Positions 31,133 to 41,918 are shown, counted from the stretch's first letter. The stretch: 64,000 nucleotides of DNA from Promethearchaeota archaeon (GCA_048939995.1 JBHLOY010000001.1:366449-430448), one strand, 5' to 3'. A program made the numbers and translations. Notes: generated by a model from the letters alone, not told the origin.

Positions 31133-31909
31133 TTAATCTCTAAAGCCATAATATACGTTAATTAAGAGTAATAAGGTGTCTCTTAGAGAAAAGTTGATAA
31201 AAGGAATAGTTAAGATGACAATATTTAAGGAATACAATATTAAGGCAAATACAATTGCTAGTAATAATAATATAGATATTAAACTTTTGCCAAAAGTCTT
31301 CCATCCACTTGACCTTTCGGTTGTAATTTTTTCTACTATAATGTCAGCAGATAGCGTCTTATAATCGGGAATTTCTTCAATTTCGTCTTTTATCTTTCCT
31401 TTTCTTAATGCCATTCCTAGTGCTCTAAAAATAGCTCCAATTATAAATAGGACAATTATGATCAAAAGATCTTGCAACGTATTCGTTGTTACAAAAGGAA
31501 TTTTAGGTCCTAATTCATTATAAATTAGAGTTATAATTAATATTATTATTAATGAAATTCTTACTGAATATTTCGGTAAGTATAAGGGATAGTATTTCCG
31601 TTTTTTTTCTTCGAGAATCTCATCAGGATGCTGTATACTCTTAACAATTTGAATTAATTTTTCTTTAATTCCTTTTCTGGCTTCAAAATAAAAAGCAACT
31701 AAAATAAATATCCCATTAATAATGAGGGGAGGTACATCTTTTGAAAGGAGTAGATTATTCAATGGAAATGAAACAATTAGTAGAGTTATTAATCCTCTTA
31801 TTGTACCCCTTGGTAGTGATAATGGTTCTCCTTCGACTTTTCCTTCAATACTAAAGCGTCTTATTATTATCCAAATAATAAAAATAATTCCTAAAATCCA
31901 AGTTAACAT
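31133..31909 (-). CDS. Hypothetical membrane protein with internal duplication
   Basis: PLSLPRGTIR and PLYLPKYSVR each precede a TM pair. Confidence 0.75.
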   Translation of the reverse strand: MLTWILGIIFIIWIIIRRFSIEGKVEGEPLSLPRGTIRGLITLLIVSFPLNNLLLSKDVPPLIINGIFILVAFYFEARKGIKEKLIQIVKSIQHPDEILEEKKRKYYPLYLPKYSVRISLIIILIITLIYNELGPKIPFVTTNTLQDLLIIIVLFIIGAIFRALGMALRKGKIKDEIEEIPDYKTLSADIIVEKITTERSSGWKTFGKSLISILLLLAIVFALILYSLNIVILTIPFINFSLRDTLLLLINVYYGFRD

Positions 31910-31995
31910 AATTCAAAACAAAAAAAATTTAGTTGGATATTATAAAAGTATTAACACTTCGTAAAAAAGGTTAATCTATCTAGTAATAATTATTA

Positions 31996-33486
31996 TTATA
32001 TTTCTATAGCTGGTATAAATTTAGGTGCTTTACGTTTTTTGGTTGCTTGCTCAAAAGAATAGGCTATCTGAAGTAGTTTCGGTTCTTGAAATGCTCCCCC
32101 GAAAAATGAAATTCCAATGGGTAAATTAAATACAAAACCTGCTGGAACAGTGATATTGGGATACCCAGCAACTGCTGCTAAAGAGGAACTGCCACCTGTA
32201 AAGTGATCTCCATTAATATAATCTATTAACCAAGCAGGACCTCCGCTTGGAGCAACAATTGCATCTAATTGGTACTCATTTATAGCGGCATCAATTCCTT
32301 CCTCTCGGGCAAAACGTTGGCATTTTTGTATTGCTTCTTTGTACTCTTCACTCGTTATTGACTCTTTTTCATTTGCCATAAGGAATAGTTCTTGCCCAAA
32401 ATATGGCATAATATCTTGCCTATGGTTTTCATTAAACCTTATTAAATCCTCGAGATTTCTTATAGAATTTATTGGTCCATATTTAAGTAGATATTGATTT
32501 AAGTCATGCTTAAAATCATATAAAAGAACTACTAATTCAGGTTCCTCTAAACTATCAAGAGATTTAAATTCGATGGGATCTATTATATCAGCACCTAAAG
32601 CCTTCATTTTATCAACGCTTTCTTCCATAATTTTATCAATATGTTCATTCTTACTAAAGAAGTTGCGAGCTACACCTATTCTAGCATTTTTCATTCCATC
32701 TGGATCTAAAAATTGGATGTAATCATGAATTTTAGTTTTGTTATCGATTGTGCTTGGATCATCTGGATCAGTTCCAACTAACACGTTTAATAAAATTGTT
32801 GCATCATAAATAGATCTCGCCATAGGTCCAGCAGTATCTTGATGATGAGAAATTGGGATAATTCCATTTCTGCTAATCAATCCGATTGTTGGTTTAATTC
32901 CAACAACTGAATTAATATGTGATGGGCATATGATTGATCCATCAGTTTCAGTACCAATGGCTATTGGACATAAATTAGCTGCTACTGCAGCAGCAGAACC
33001 AGAGCTTGAACCACATGGACTTCTGTCTAGAGCATATGGATTGAGCGTCTGCCCACCTCGGCTACTCCAACCACTGGTAGAACGAGTTGAACGAAAATTA
33101 GCCCATTCACTTAAGTTAGCTTTCGCAATGATAATAGCACCCGCTTTCCGTAAGTTTTTAACTATAAAAGCATCTTCTGATGCATAATGTCCTTCTAAAG
33201 CTAAGGATCCCGCTGTAGTCTGCATTTTATCAGCAGTATTAATATTATCTTTAATGATGATTGGAATACCATGTAATGGTCCACGAATATTGTTGTCCTT
33301 CCATTCTTTATCTAAATTTTCTGCAATTTCTATTGCATCAGGATTCAGTTCAATTACAGAATTAATTTTTGGTCCAGATTTATCAATTTCATGGATGCGC
33401 TGTAAATACAATCCAGTAAGTATTCTAGCAGAAATTTCCCCGCTTTTCATTAATACATTAATTTCTTTAATGCTATATTCCTTCAT
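31996..33486 (-). CDS. Amidase signature family enzyme
   Basis: GPLHGIPIIIKDN, GSSSGS, GTETDGSI (Lys-cisSer-Ser triad). Confidence 0.95.
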   Translation of the reverse strand: MKEYSIKEINVLMKSGEISARILTGLYLQRIHEIDKSGPKINSVIELNPDAIEIAENLDKEWKDNNIRGPLHGIPIIIKDNINTADKMQTTAGSLALEGHYASEDAFIVKNLRKAGAIIIAKANLSEWANFRSTRSTSGWSSRGGQTLNPYALDRSPCGSSSGSAAAVAANLCPIAIGTETDGSIICPSHINSVVGIKPTIGLISRNGIIPISHHQDTAGPMARSIYDATILLNVLVGTDPDDPSTIDNKTKIHDYIQFLDPDGMKNARIGVARNFFSKNEHIDKIMEESVDKMKALGADIIDPIEFKSLDSLEEPELVVLLYDFKHDLNQYLLKYGPINSIRNLEDLIRFNENHRQDIMPYFGQELFLMANEKESITSEEYKEAIQKCQRFAREEGIDAAINEYQLDAIVAPSGGPAWLIDYINGDHFTGGSSSLAAVAGYPNITVPAGFVFNLPIGISFFGGAFQEPKLLQIAYSFEQATKKRKAPKFIPAIEI

Positions 33487-33674
33487 TTTTTACATCTTTT
33501 TAATAATAATAGTTGATAGTCATATTCTTATAAAATTCTTTGTTTCCATTCCTTAGATTCATGTATATTAGTAATTTTTAAGTTTTAATAATCCAATCAA
33601 TGAAAATGATGTAATACTAGAAAATTAATTATAAGAAATATAATTATGTTACTTAATTTCATTAAATTAATAAA

Positions 33675-33863
33675 ATGATTAATACGAGTAAAAAATACCA
33701 AAAGAGAGTAAAACGTCTTAAAGATCATAAAAATGATGAAGAAGGAAGACCACATCAAGAAAAAATAAAATCATATTCGAGTAATATTAAAGTAAGCCAA
33801 TTAAAAAAAAATGATAAAAAAATTCATAAAAAGCTTGATAAAAGTGAGTATACTTGGTTATAG
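33675..33863 (+). CDS. Small basic hypothetical protein
   Basis: 62 aa Lys-rich ORF; no motif. Confidence 0.4.
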   Translation: MINTSKKYQKRVKRLKDHKNDEEGRPHQEKIKSYSSNIKVSQLKKNDKKIHKKLDKSEYTWL

Positions 33864-33945
33864 AGAGAGATGAGAAGATTAACTCGAATTTCTCTAAAAG
33901 ACTCACATACTTAAACCTTTTATTGAAAATCTAAGTGCGAAAAAA

Positions 33946-34722
33946 ATGAACTTTGAAATTATAGATATAAATTCAACAAACTTAGTTAAGTATGGATTAT
34001 TCTGTAAGAAATCTCAGAAGAAAGAAGTAGGATACAAAAATAAAATTGAATGGATAAAGGAGAGATTTAAGGAAGGTTTAAAGTATAAACTTCTGCGAAT
34101 AAGAGAGCAAAATAAAGTATCATTAGGAGGATTTATCGAATATATTCCTGGTAAATATAATTGGAGAGGGATAGCAGCAGATGATTGGATGGTTATTCAT
34201 TGCATTTGGATTGTGGGAAAATTTAAGAAAAAGGGGTATGCATCTAGGCTCTTAGAAGAATGTATGAAAGATGCAGCAGAAGTTGGTATGCAAGGAATCG
34301 TATGTATGACTGCTGAAAAAGGAGGTTGGCTTCCGAATAAAAGACTTTTTGAAAAACATGGCTTTAAAAAGGTTGATGAATTCAAACCCTATTTCGGTTT
34401 ATATGCCAAAGCACTTTCAGATAAAGCAAGATTACCAAAATTTTTTCCCATCTCTAACGATAAGATAAAGGAGTATGATACGAGAGTTACGGTCCTATAT
34501 TCTCATCAATGTCCTTATATCTCACGTACAATTGAAGAAATTAGAGATTTTGCTGAAACTAAGGCTCTGTCCTTTCAGGCTATTAACTTAAAAAGTTGTA
34601 AAGAAGCCCAACAGAATCAAATACATCCATATGGAACATATTGCATTTTTTCTGATGGTAAATTGTTATCATATATACCTGGAGAGAGAAGGAGAATCTT
34701 GGATTTATTAAATGAGAAATGA
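33946..34722 (+). CDS. YoaP-like GNAT acetyltransferase
   Basis: GFIEYIPG, IHCIW, KKKGYASRLL, C-terminal QCPY thioredoxin-like domain. Confidence 0.85.
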   Translation: MNFEIIDINSTNLVKYGLFCKKSQKKEVGYKNKIEWIKERFKEGLKYKLLRIREQNKVSLGGFIEYIPGKYNWRGIAADDWMVIHCIWIVGKFKKKGYASRLLEECMKDAAEVGMQGIVCMTAEKGGWLPNKRLFEKHGFKKVDEFKPYFGLYAKALSDKARLPKFFPISNDKIKEYDTRVTVLYSHQCPYISRTIEEIRDFAETKALSFQAINLKSCKEAQQNQIHPYGTYCIFSDGKLLSYIPGERRRILDLLNEK

Positions 34723-34742
34723 AGGAGAAATCTAATCCGTTA

Positions 34743-35216
34743 CTATTTGTTAATATATACACCTTCACTTAATTTTTGTTTTAAATCTGCAAAGGCTTTT
34801 TTCCATGCTTTATCAAAAAAGTTACGGGCTTCCTCCCATTCTGAGCTTTTCCTCCAACCAATATGGAAGAGATAAACAATAGTATTATTCTTGTTATCAC
34901 TTGGAAAGAAAAATATCACAACATGAGTCAATGGATCAGCAAAATTCATAAATGAATGAAATTGTTCAGGTCCCTTCCAATCAAATGATATAAATTTATT
35001 CAGTTCAATTCCTGTAATTTTACAACCTATTGTACTATTCAAATCAGGATTAGTAGGGTCCCAAAACAGTTCATACTTACCTCCAACTCTAGGTTCCACA
35101 TCAGCTTTTTCAGGTAACCAACTTTCTAGTAAAGAGTTTACAGTAAACATCTTAAAAGCTAAGTCTAAATCACAATTTAATTCAATTTTATGAAAGATTA
35201 TTCTTTCTATTTTCAA
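34743..35216 (-). CDS. SRPBCC/AHSA1 domain protein
   Basis: AFKMFT...LESW, EPRVGGKY, ISFDW, H.GW, C-terminal W helix. Confidence 0.88.
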   Translation of the reverse strand: MKIERIIFHKIELNCDLDLAFKMFTVNSLLESWLPEKADVEPRVGGKYELFWDPTNPDLNSTIGCKITGIELNKFISFDWKGPEQFHSFMNFADPLTHVVIFFFPSDNKNNTIVYLFHIGWRKSSEWEEARNFFDKAWKKAFADLKQKLSEGVYINK

Positions 35217-35320
35217 TCACTTTTAGCTATTTTCTTATAGAATATTTAATATAATTATATATTAGTTTATTAATACAATTTATTTAATTTAGAGTGAAAA
35301 TTTGAGGGTAGAATCATATT

Positions 35321-36115
35321 ATGAATAATGAAGATTTAATATTATATGAAGTGGAGAGTCGTATTGCTACAATTACAATAAATAGACCAGATAAAGCTAA
35401 CTCTTGTAATGTTGATATGTTGAAGAAGATACATAGGAGCTTAATTGAAGCTGATGAAAATCAGAAAGTAAAATGTATTCTCATTAAAAGTAAAGGTGAA
35501 AAGTTCTTTTCAGCTGGATATGATCTAAAAGACATTCAAGGTTCTCCTGAACAAGCAAGGATGATTACAGAATGGGGGAGAAATGTGAATGAAACAATTG
35601 TTCTTTTAAAAAAGCCAGTGGTCGTCCAAGTTCAAGGTATCGCAGTTGGCTTTGGTGTTTTAATTACACTTGCATCGGATTTACGTGTTTTTGCCGATAG
35701 ATCTAAAGAGGAGTTATATTTAAGGCTACCAGAAATAGCTATTTCAGCCTTTCCTCAAACTGGTGCAACTTTTCTTCCTTTAATGGCTTTTGGGCTGACA
35801 ATAGCGAAAAATCTTTTATTCACTACAGATACAGTAGGAGTTCAGGAACTTAAAAATATTAATTTTCCAACCCGAGTATTTCCATTAGAAACCCTTGAAG
35901 AGGATACCCTTTCTTTTGTTAAACAGTTAACCAAATATAAAACTGAGTTTTTATTTTTTATTAAGTCTATGTTAGCAATTATGAATAAACGTTATATTAA
36001 ATCTTGTTTTGATCTAGAAGATGAATGCGGTAAAGTGGCTTATGAAAAAGGAAAAAAATTAATGAAAGAGCTAGATAATTTTATTAAAGGTTTACATAGA
36101 AAATATTCTGATTAA
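35321..36115 (+). CDS. Enoyl-CoA hydratase/isomerase family
   Basis: ITINRPDKAN, FFSAGYDL, KPVVVQVQG.AVGFG, LPE. Confidence 0.88.
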   Translation: MNNEDLILYEVESRIATITINRPDKANSCNVDMLKKIHRSLIEADENQKVKCILIKSKGEKFFSAGYDLKDIQGSPEQARMITEWGRNVNETIVLLKKPVVVQVQGIAVGFGVLITLASDLRVFADRSKEELYLRLPEIAISAFPQTGATFLPLMAFGLTIAKNLLFTTDTVGVQELKNINFPTRVFPLETLEEDTLSFVKQLTKYKTEFLFFIKSMLAIMNKRYIKSCFDLEDECGKVAYEKGKKLMKELDNFIKGLHRKYSD

Positions 36116-36121
36116 ACATTA

Positions 36122-36179
36122 CTTTTGCTCTAACTTCCTCTGCTTGGATTATTAAGGCTTCAATTGTGAAATTTAAATG
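36122..36179 (-). pseudogene. Remnant of a paralog of the 40937..41611 nuclease-like gene
   Basis: 48/58 nt ungapped identity to 41209..41266 (manual alignment); translates HLNFTIEALIIQAEEVRAK vs HYNLTIEVLLIQAEELRVK. Confidence 0.8.
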
Positions 36180-36526
36180 GTTAAATTCAAAGAATCATAA
36201 TTTGGAACGGGATCATATTCGGATTTAAGATTGAGGTTTTGTCGAATCTACTTTTTACCTTTTTCACCTAAAATTGTTTTTTTTCTGAGAAAAAACTTTT
36301 TTATTTTTTAGAGAAGGAAAGCGAAACATAGTTAATAAGATCTATCTTAGACCTTCACTTCCTTCTGATAAATTGGCTTTTTCAGCTATTACATTTAGCA
36401 TTCTCTCTGTATATAGTTGCATACATTACAATTTTTCTGATATGTATGAAAAATATGAATTATATGAGAAACTTTAATTAATTGATATCTTTTTACTTGT
36501 TAATTAGTTAATTTAGGGGAAAAATT

Positions 36527-36802
36527 ATTTTTGGAAAATTAGAATTTTATGGTAGTGCAACCGTAGGTGAACGGGGACAAGTCGTTTTACCAATTGAATT
36601 AAGAAAGAAAATACAACTTGAAGCAGGAGAGAAATTAATTGTAATGGGGACAGAGGGAAAAAATGTAGTTCTTTTACTCAAAGCAGATTTCTTGACTCAC
36701 ATTCTTAATAAGATGGAAAAAGGGCAAAACGAATTAAGGAAATATCTAATGGACAATCCTCTTTCTATAGAAGCTGAAGACAAAGAAATAGAAACTAAAT
36801 AA
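36527..36802 (+). CDS. AbrB/MazE/SpoVT family regulator, probable ATT start (absent from ORF track)
   Basis: FYGSATVGERGQVVLPIELRKKIQLEAGEKL is a typical AbrB-fold motif; in-frame stop at 36509 and no ATG/GTG/TTG before the domain; AGGGGA RBS precedes ATT codons at 36524 and 36527. Confidence 0.8.
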   Translation: MFGKLEFYGSATVGERGQVVLPIELRKKIQLEAGEKLIVMGTEGKNVVLLLKADFLTHILNKMEKGQNELRKYLMDNPLSIEAEDKEIETK

Positions 36803-36820
36803 GTTAATGGTGATTTTAGA

Positions 36821-39052
36821 ATGAAAGTCAGAATGATTAAGTATTCAAAACCTTATCTTATTATGATTGCTGTTTCTATTGCGTTGTTATTTGGACAAGC
36901 AAACTTTAACCTAACGCTACCTGATTATCTCGCAAAGATAGTGAATGTAGGCATTCAACAGAAGGGTATAGAGAATGCGGTACCCGAAGCAATTCGGGGG
37001 ATCGAAATGAACCATACTCTGCTATTTCTTACTCCAGAAAATCAGACAGACGTGCTTAATGCTTATACTCTGGTGCAAAATGGCACTATAGAAGCTAATC
37101 AATATGTCAATAAATACCCCGCTCTGCATAACCAGTCTATTTATGTATTGACCGATTCTGATAGCATGACAATCACACTTTTAAACCCAGTTATGGCCAG
37201 GGGGCTCTTATCGGTATCCTTCGTCGAATTACTTATGGTTAATGACACATTACGTATGCTTGTAAATATTCAATTAAATATTTCTCTCCCTGGTGGTACA
37301 GATTTATTTGAATATCTTAAAACACAACCTATAGAATTGGGATTGATAACTGCTCTGGTTAACTCACGATTTAGCGCTCTTGGAGAAGCTTTTTTAATAC
37401 AGGCAGCAATTCAAGTTGTAAGAGTTGAGTATGAAAAACTTGGCATAAATGTAGATCAAATGCAACTTGATTACATGTTCTATTACGGTGGTTTGATGCT
37501 TCTTCTTACATTTCTTGCAATGGCTTGCACAATTGGAGTCGGATATTTTGCCGCTAAAATTGCCACCGGAATGTCTCGTGATATGCGAAAGGATATATTT
37601 GAGAAGGTTGAAAAATTCTCGAGTACTGAATTTGATACATTTTCCACAGCATCATTGATCACGCGCTCAACGAATGATATAACTCAAGTCCAAATGGCCA
37701 TAATGATGATCATCCGTTTAGTGTTTTATGCTCCTATTTTGGGGATTGGTGGAGTAATCCACGCCCTTGAATTAGCTCCCTCGATGTGGTGGATACTAGC
37801 AATGGCGGTGGGGGTATTACTTGCCCTGATCCTTGTAGTCTTTTACATAGCCTTACCGAAGTTCAAGAGCATCCAAAAGTTAGTAGATCGCCTTAATCTC
37901 GTAGCTCGAGAGAGTTTGTCGGGTTTAATGGTTGTAAGAGCTTTCAATAAACAAAAGTTTGAAGAACATCGATTTGATAAGGCTAATATTGATCTTACTA
38001 AGGTTTCACTGTTTATAAACCGAGTCATGGTGATCATGATGCCAGTGATGATGATGTTAATGAATGCTTTGGTAATTATTATTATATGGGTCGGATCACA
38101 CGATGTAGCCAATGCAAATATCCAAGTCGGTGATATGATTGCTTTTATGCAATATGCTATACAGGTAACTTTTGCCTTCCTTATGCTTTCGTTAATGTTT
38201 ATCATCTTACCTCGAGCTTTAGTATCTGTAAATCGTATTGCCGAGGTTTTAAAAGTTGATATAATGATCCAAGACCCCGAAAATCCAATACATTTTGATG
38301 AACCATTTAAGGGAGAAATTGAATTTCGAGATGTTTCTTTCCGTTATGCTGGAGCGCCAGAGAATGCGTTGAATGATATATCTTTCACCGCTCAAGCAGG
38401 CCAGTTCACTGCTCTTATTGGACCGACCGGATCTGGTAAATCTACGCTTGTAAACTTGATTCCTCGCCTATATGAGGTGTCATCGGGAGCGATATTAATC
38501 GATGGCGTCGACGTACGTGAAGTAAATCAACAAGAACTTCATGAAAAAATTGGATATGTACCTCAAACAAGCGTGTTATTTTCCGGAACTATTGAAAGTA
38601 ATCTCTTGTTTGCAGATGAAAACGCGAGTGAAGACATTCTTGAATCATCAATAGAGACTGCTCAAGCTACTGAGTTCATAACTTCTAACCCTGAGGGCAT
38701 GGCTACTGAAATAGCCCAAGGTGGTAAGAATGTATCTGGGGGTCAAAAGCAGCGCCTTTCGATAGCTCGGGCATTAGTCAAAAAAGCCCCAATTAACATT
38801 TTAGACGATAGTTTTTCTAATTTAGATTTTAAAACTGATATTGCTTTAAGAAAAGCCCTTCGAAAATCTATATCAGCAAGTACAGTAATTATAGTGACAC
38901 AAAGGGTTTCCACAATAAAAGATGCTGATCAGATCATTGTTCTCAATAAGGGAAAGATTGTTGGAATGGGTAAGCATGCTGAGCTCATGGAAGATTGTGC
39001 TATATATAGGGATATAGCCATTTCACAACTAAATTTGGAGGAATCATCATGA
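36821..39052 (+). CDS. Heterodimeric ABC exporter subunit (degenerate site), with large extracytoplasmic insertion
   Basis: TMD+NBD; GPTGSGKS, VSGGQKQR, Walker B LDDS and switch Gln (TQR). Confidence 0.95.
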   Translation: MKVRMIKYSKPYLIMIAVSIALLFGQANFNLTLPDYLAKIVNVGIQQKGIENAVPEAIRGIEMNHTLLFLTPENQTDVLNAYTLVQNGTIEANQYVNKYPALHNQSIYVLTDSDSMTITLLNPVMARGLLSVSFVELLMVNDTLRMLVNIQLNISLPGGTDLFEYLKTQPIELGLITALVNSRFSALGEAFLIQAAIQVVRVEYEKLGINVDQMQLDYMFYYGGLMLLLTFLAMACTIGVGYFAAKIATGMSRDMRKDIFEKVEKFSSTEFDTFSTASLITRSTNDITQVQMAIMMIIRLVFYAPILGIGGVIHALELAPSMWWILAMAVGVLLALILVVFYIALPKFKSIQKLVDRLNLVARESLSGLMVVRAFNKQKFEEHRFDKANIDLTKVSLFINRVMVIMMPVMMMLMNALVIIIIWVGSHDVANANIQVGDMIAFMQYAIQVTFAFLMLSLMFIILPRALVSVNRIAEVLKVDIMIQDPENPIHFDEPFKGEIEFRDVSFRYAGAPENALNDISFTAQAGQFTALIGPTGSGKSTLVNLIPRLYEVSSGAILIDGVDVREVNQQELHEKIGYVPQTSVLFSGTIESNLLFADENASEDILESSIETAQATEFITSNPEGMATEIAQGGKNVSGGQKQRLSIARALVKKAPINILDDSFSNLDFKTDIALRKALRKSISASTVIIVTQRVSTIKDADQIIVLNKGKIVGMGKHAELMEDCAIYRDIAISQLNLEESS

Positions 39053-40896
39053 TGCGACGATCTGGAGGCCCTATGAGGGGAGCTGGTCCACATGGATCTA
39101 GATTCGGAGTTCGTGAAAAAGCTACCGATTTTCGTGGAACTATGGGAAAATTATTTCGGTATATGGGTAGATATAAATGGTTAGTACTATTGGTATTTAT
39201 TTTTGCGGCAGCTTCTACTACAGCAAGCATTATAGGACCAAAGATTCTAGGAACTGCCACCACTACTTTGGTTAATGGAGTAATAGCCAAAGTTAGTGGT
39301 ACAGGTGAAATTGACTTTGTTAAAATTGGAGGAATTCTATTAGAAGTATTGATAATATACATTGTATCAGCGGCGTTTGGTTTTGTCCAAGGTTGGATTA
39401 TGGCAAATATTTCAACTAATATTGCTTATCGACTTCGTCGAGACATTTCGGAAAAGATTAATCGCTTACCCCTCAAATATTATGATGGAACGACTCACGG
39501 AGAAGTACTCTCTCGAATTACAAATGATATAGACACTATAAATCAAACTTTGAGTCAGAGTCTCACATCAATTATTACATCAGTAGTTACTGTTGTTGGT
39601 ATCGTGATTATGATGTTAACTATAAATTGGATAATGACATTAGTAGCACTTGGAATGCTTCCACTGACACTTCTACTAATAGGCGTCATCATTGGTCGAT
39701 CACAGAAGTATTTTAAACAACAACAAGATTATTTAGGGCATGTGAATGGACATGTGGAAGAAATGTATGGTGGTCATATTGTAGTAAAAGCTTTCAGCGG
39801 AGAGGAAAAAAGTGTCGAAAAATTCAAAGGATTAAATAATCGATGGTATCAAGGATCCTGGAAAGCCAATTTTTTATCGGGATTGATGATACCAATCACG
39901 TTTTTCATCAGCAATTTGGGATATGTTGTTGTTACTATACTTGGCGCGTATTTAGCTATCCAAAATGTTATAACTATAGGGGATATTCAAGCATTTATCC
40001 AATACATCCGTTCATTCACTCAGCCTCTCAGCCAAATTGCTAATGTTTCAAATGTCCTCCAGCAAACAGCTGCTGCAGCAGAACGTGTATTTAAATTTCT
40101 TGAGGAAGAAGAGGAAGTCAATGAAGTATCCAATCCTATTAAGTTAGAACAAGTTAAAGGTTTGGTAGAATTCCGTAATGTGAATTTCGGATATAACCCA
40201 GATAAGATTATTATCCACAACTTCTCTGCAATAGCTAAACCAGGGCAAAAAGTCGCAATTGTGGGTCCAACAGGTGCAGGCAAGACCACATTGGTCAAGT
40301 TACTTATGCGTTTCTATGAATTAAATAGTGGAGCAATTTTGGTTGATGGTCAAGACACTCGAGAGATGACACGTGAAGATTTGCGCCAAATGTTTGGAAT
40401 GGTGCTTCAAGATACCTGGCTTTACAATGAATCTATTATAAATAACATCCGCTTTAGTAATCAAGATGCAACCGATGAAGAAGTGTACACTGCTGCACGC
40501 ATAGCTAATGTAGATCACTTTGTTAAAACTTTACCCGATGGGTATAACATGATAATCAATGAAGAGATAACGAATATCTCTCAGGGTCAAATGCAATTAC
40601 TTACTATCGCCCGTGCTGTTCTTGCCGATCCACCAATACTTATCCTCGATGAGGCTACAAGTTCCGTGGATACACATACGGAGATCCTAATTCAAAATGC
40701 TATGGATGCATTAATGCAGAATAGAACCAGCTTTGTTATTGCTCACCGCTTGTCAACTATTCGAAATGCCGATTTAATCCTCGCAATTCGTGATGGAGAG
40801 ATCGTGGAGCAAGGTACACATAAAGAATTATTAGTTCGGAATGGATATTACGCTGAATTATATAATAGCCAGTTTGAAGCGTTAAATTCTACTTAA
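39049..40896 (+). CDS. Heterodimeric ABC exporter subunit (consensus catalytic residues)
   Basis: GPTGAGKT, ISQGQ, LDEAT, AHRL; ATGA overlap with partner gene. Confidence 0.95.
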   Translation: MMRRSGGPMRGAGPHGSRFGVREKATDFRGTMGKLFRYMGRYKWLVLLVFIFAAASTTASIIGPKILGTATTTLVNGVIAKVSGTGEIDFVKIGGILLEVLIIYIVSAAFGFVQGWIMANISTNIAYRLRRDISEKINRLPLKYYDGTTHGEVLSRITNDIDTINQTLSQSLTSIITSVVTVVGIVIMMLTINWIMTLVALGMLPLTLLLIGVIIGRSQKYFKQQQDYLGHVNGHVEEMYGGHIVVKAFSGEEKSVEKFKGLNNRWYQGSWKANFLSGLMIPITFFISNLGYVVVTILGAYLAIQNVITIGDIQAFIQYIRSFTQPLSQIANVSNVLQQTAAAAERVFKFLEEEEEVNEVSNPIKLEQVKGLVEFRNVNFGYNPDKIIIHNFSAIAKPGQKVAIVGPTGAGKTTLVKLLMRFYELNSGAILVDGQDTREMTREDLRQMFGMVLQDTWLYNESIINNIRFSNQDATDEEVYTAARIANVDHFVKTLPDGYNMIINEEITNISQGQMQLLTIARAVLADPPILILDEATSSVDTHTEILIQNAMDALMQNRTSFVIAHRLSTIRNADLILAIRDGEIVEQGTHKELLVRNGYYAELYNSQFEALNST

Positions 40897-40936
40897 ATAG
40901 ATTTAAATTTTTTTTTTATCCTAATTCATTAATTTA

Positions 40937-41611
40937 TCAAACCGTTAAGCAAAAGATATAATTATTACCTTTTTTTCCAAAAACAGTAAGTAGGTTGATT
41001 TTTCTAAGAGTGTATGTCATCATTTGAGCTAACCTAACTGAAATATTTAGAGAATCTGAAAGCTCACGATTTGTAAATGGATTTTTAAGTGTTATTGGAA
41101 TTAATTGTAATAATTGTTTAGGATTAGAAAATATCTTCCAATCCAATACTTTAAGCAATCTTCGGTCACTAACACTCCATCCTTTTCGCCTCCAACTTCC
41201 TTTATTGTCTTTTACTCTAAGTTCTTCTGCTTGGATTAATAAAACCTCAATTGTGAGATTATAATGTGATATTAGATGAGGAATGTAAATTAGTTCTTTA
41301 AAAATATTGAGGAAGGAACCATGTTTTGGGGATAATCTTTTTGAATTTATTTTGTTACCAATTGGCTGTAGTTTTATAATCCATTTATCTTTAATTATGG
41401 GACAAATTAGAAGCACTTTGTTATTTTTAAGAAGTTCTTCGAGTTTTCTTCTTATTCCTGCAAAATTTTTTGTTTGAATTTCTATTAATAAATCTTCACG
41501 GGCAAGGTCAACTACGTATTTACCAATTGGGCTCTCAACCTTATCACCTGATTGTTTGAAGATTTGTTTTAAGGCTGCATGTAGGGATGTTTCATTTAAA
41601 GTGCCAATCAT
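40937..41611 (-). CDS. PD-(D/E)xK-like putative nuclease
   Basis: ETSLHAALK, E....YVVD.....IEIQT restriction-endonuclease-like motif; C-terminal HTH-like segment. Confidence 0.7.
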   Translation of the reverse strand: MIGTLNETSLHAALKQIFKQSGDKVESPIGKYVVDLAREDLLIEIQTKNFAGIRRKLEELLKNNKVLLICPIIKDKWIIKLQPIGNKINSKRLSPKHGSFLNIFKELIYIPHLISHYNLTIEVLLIQAEELRVKDNKGSWRRKGWSVSDRRLLKVLDWKIFSNPKQLLQLIPITLKNPFTNRELSDSLNISVRLAQMMTYTLRKINLLTVFGKKGNNYIFCLTV

Positions 41612-41715
41612 TTATAATTAGAATTTTATAGAAAAAATTAAAAATTGAATATTATTAGGAAAATATGCATCCTAAAATAATAGAAATATATTTCTAACAA
41701 ACTTTATCTGAGATT

Positions 41716-41898
41716 TTGGATTCAATACTCTATATGAAAGATGAGATTGAAAAAAGATTACATCGAGTTAAAATAATTAAGAATAGGAATAAGAATAATA
41801 TTAAATGCCCTATTTCTAAACAATGTAATTTTTCAGAAAATTCTTATAGATGTAGTCAGTTCTATAGGAAGTGTACATTTTATAGAATTTTCAAGTAA
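41716..41898 (+). CDS. Small Cys-rich protein
   Basis: CP-x4-C-x8-C-x6-C pattern in about 60 aa. Confidence 0.55.
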   Translation: MDSILYMKDEIEKRLHRVKIIKNRNKNNIKCPISKQCNFSENSYRCSQFYRKCTFYRIFK

Positions 41899-41918
41899 CT
41901 CTTTTTAGGCAAAAATTT

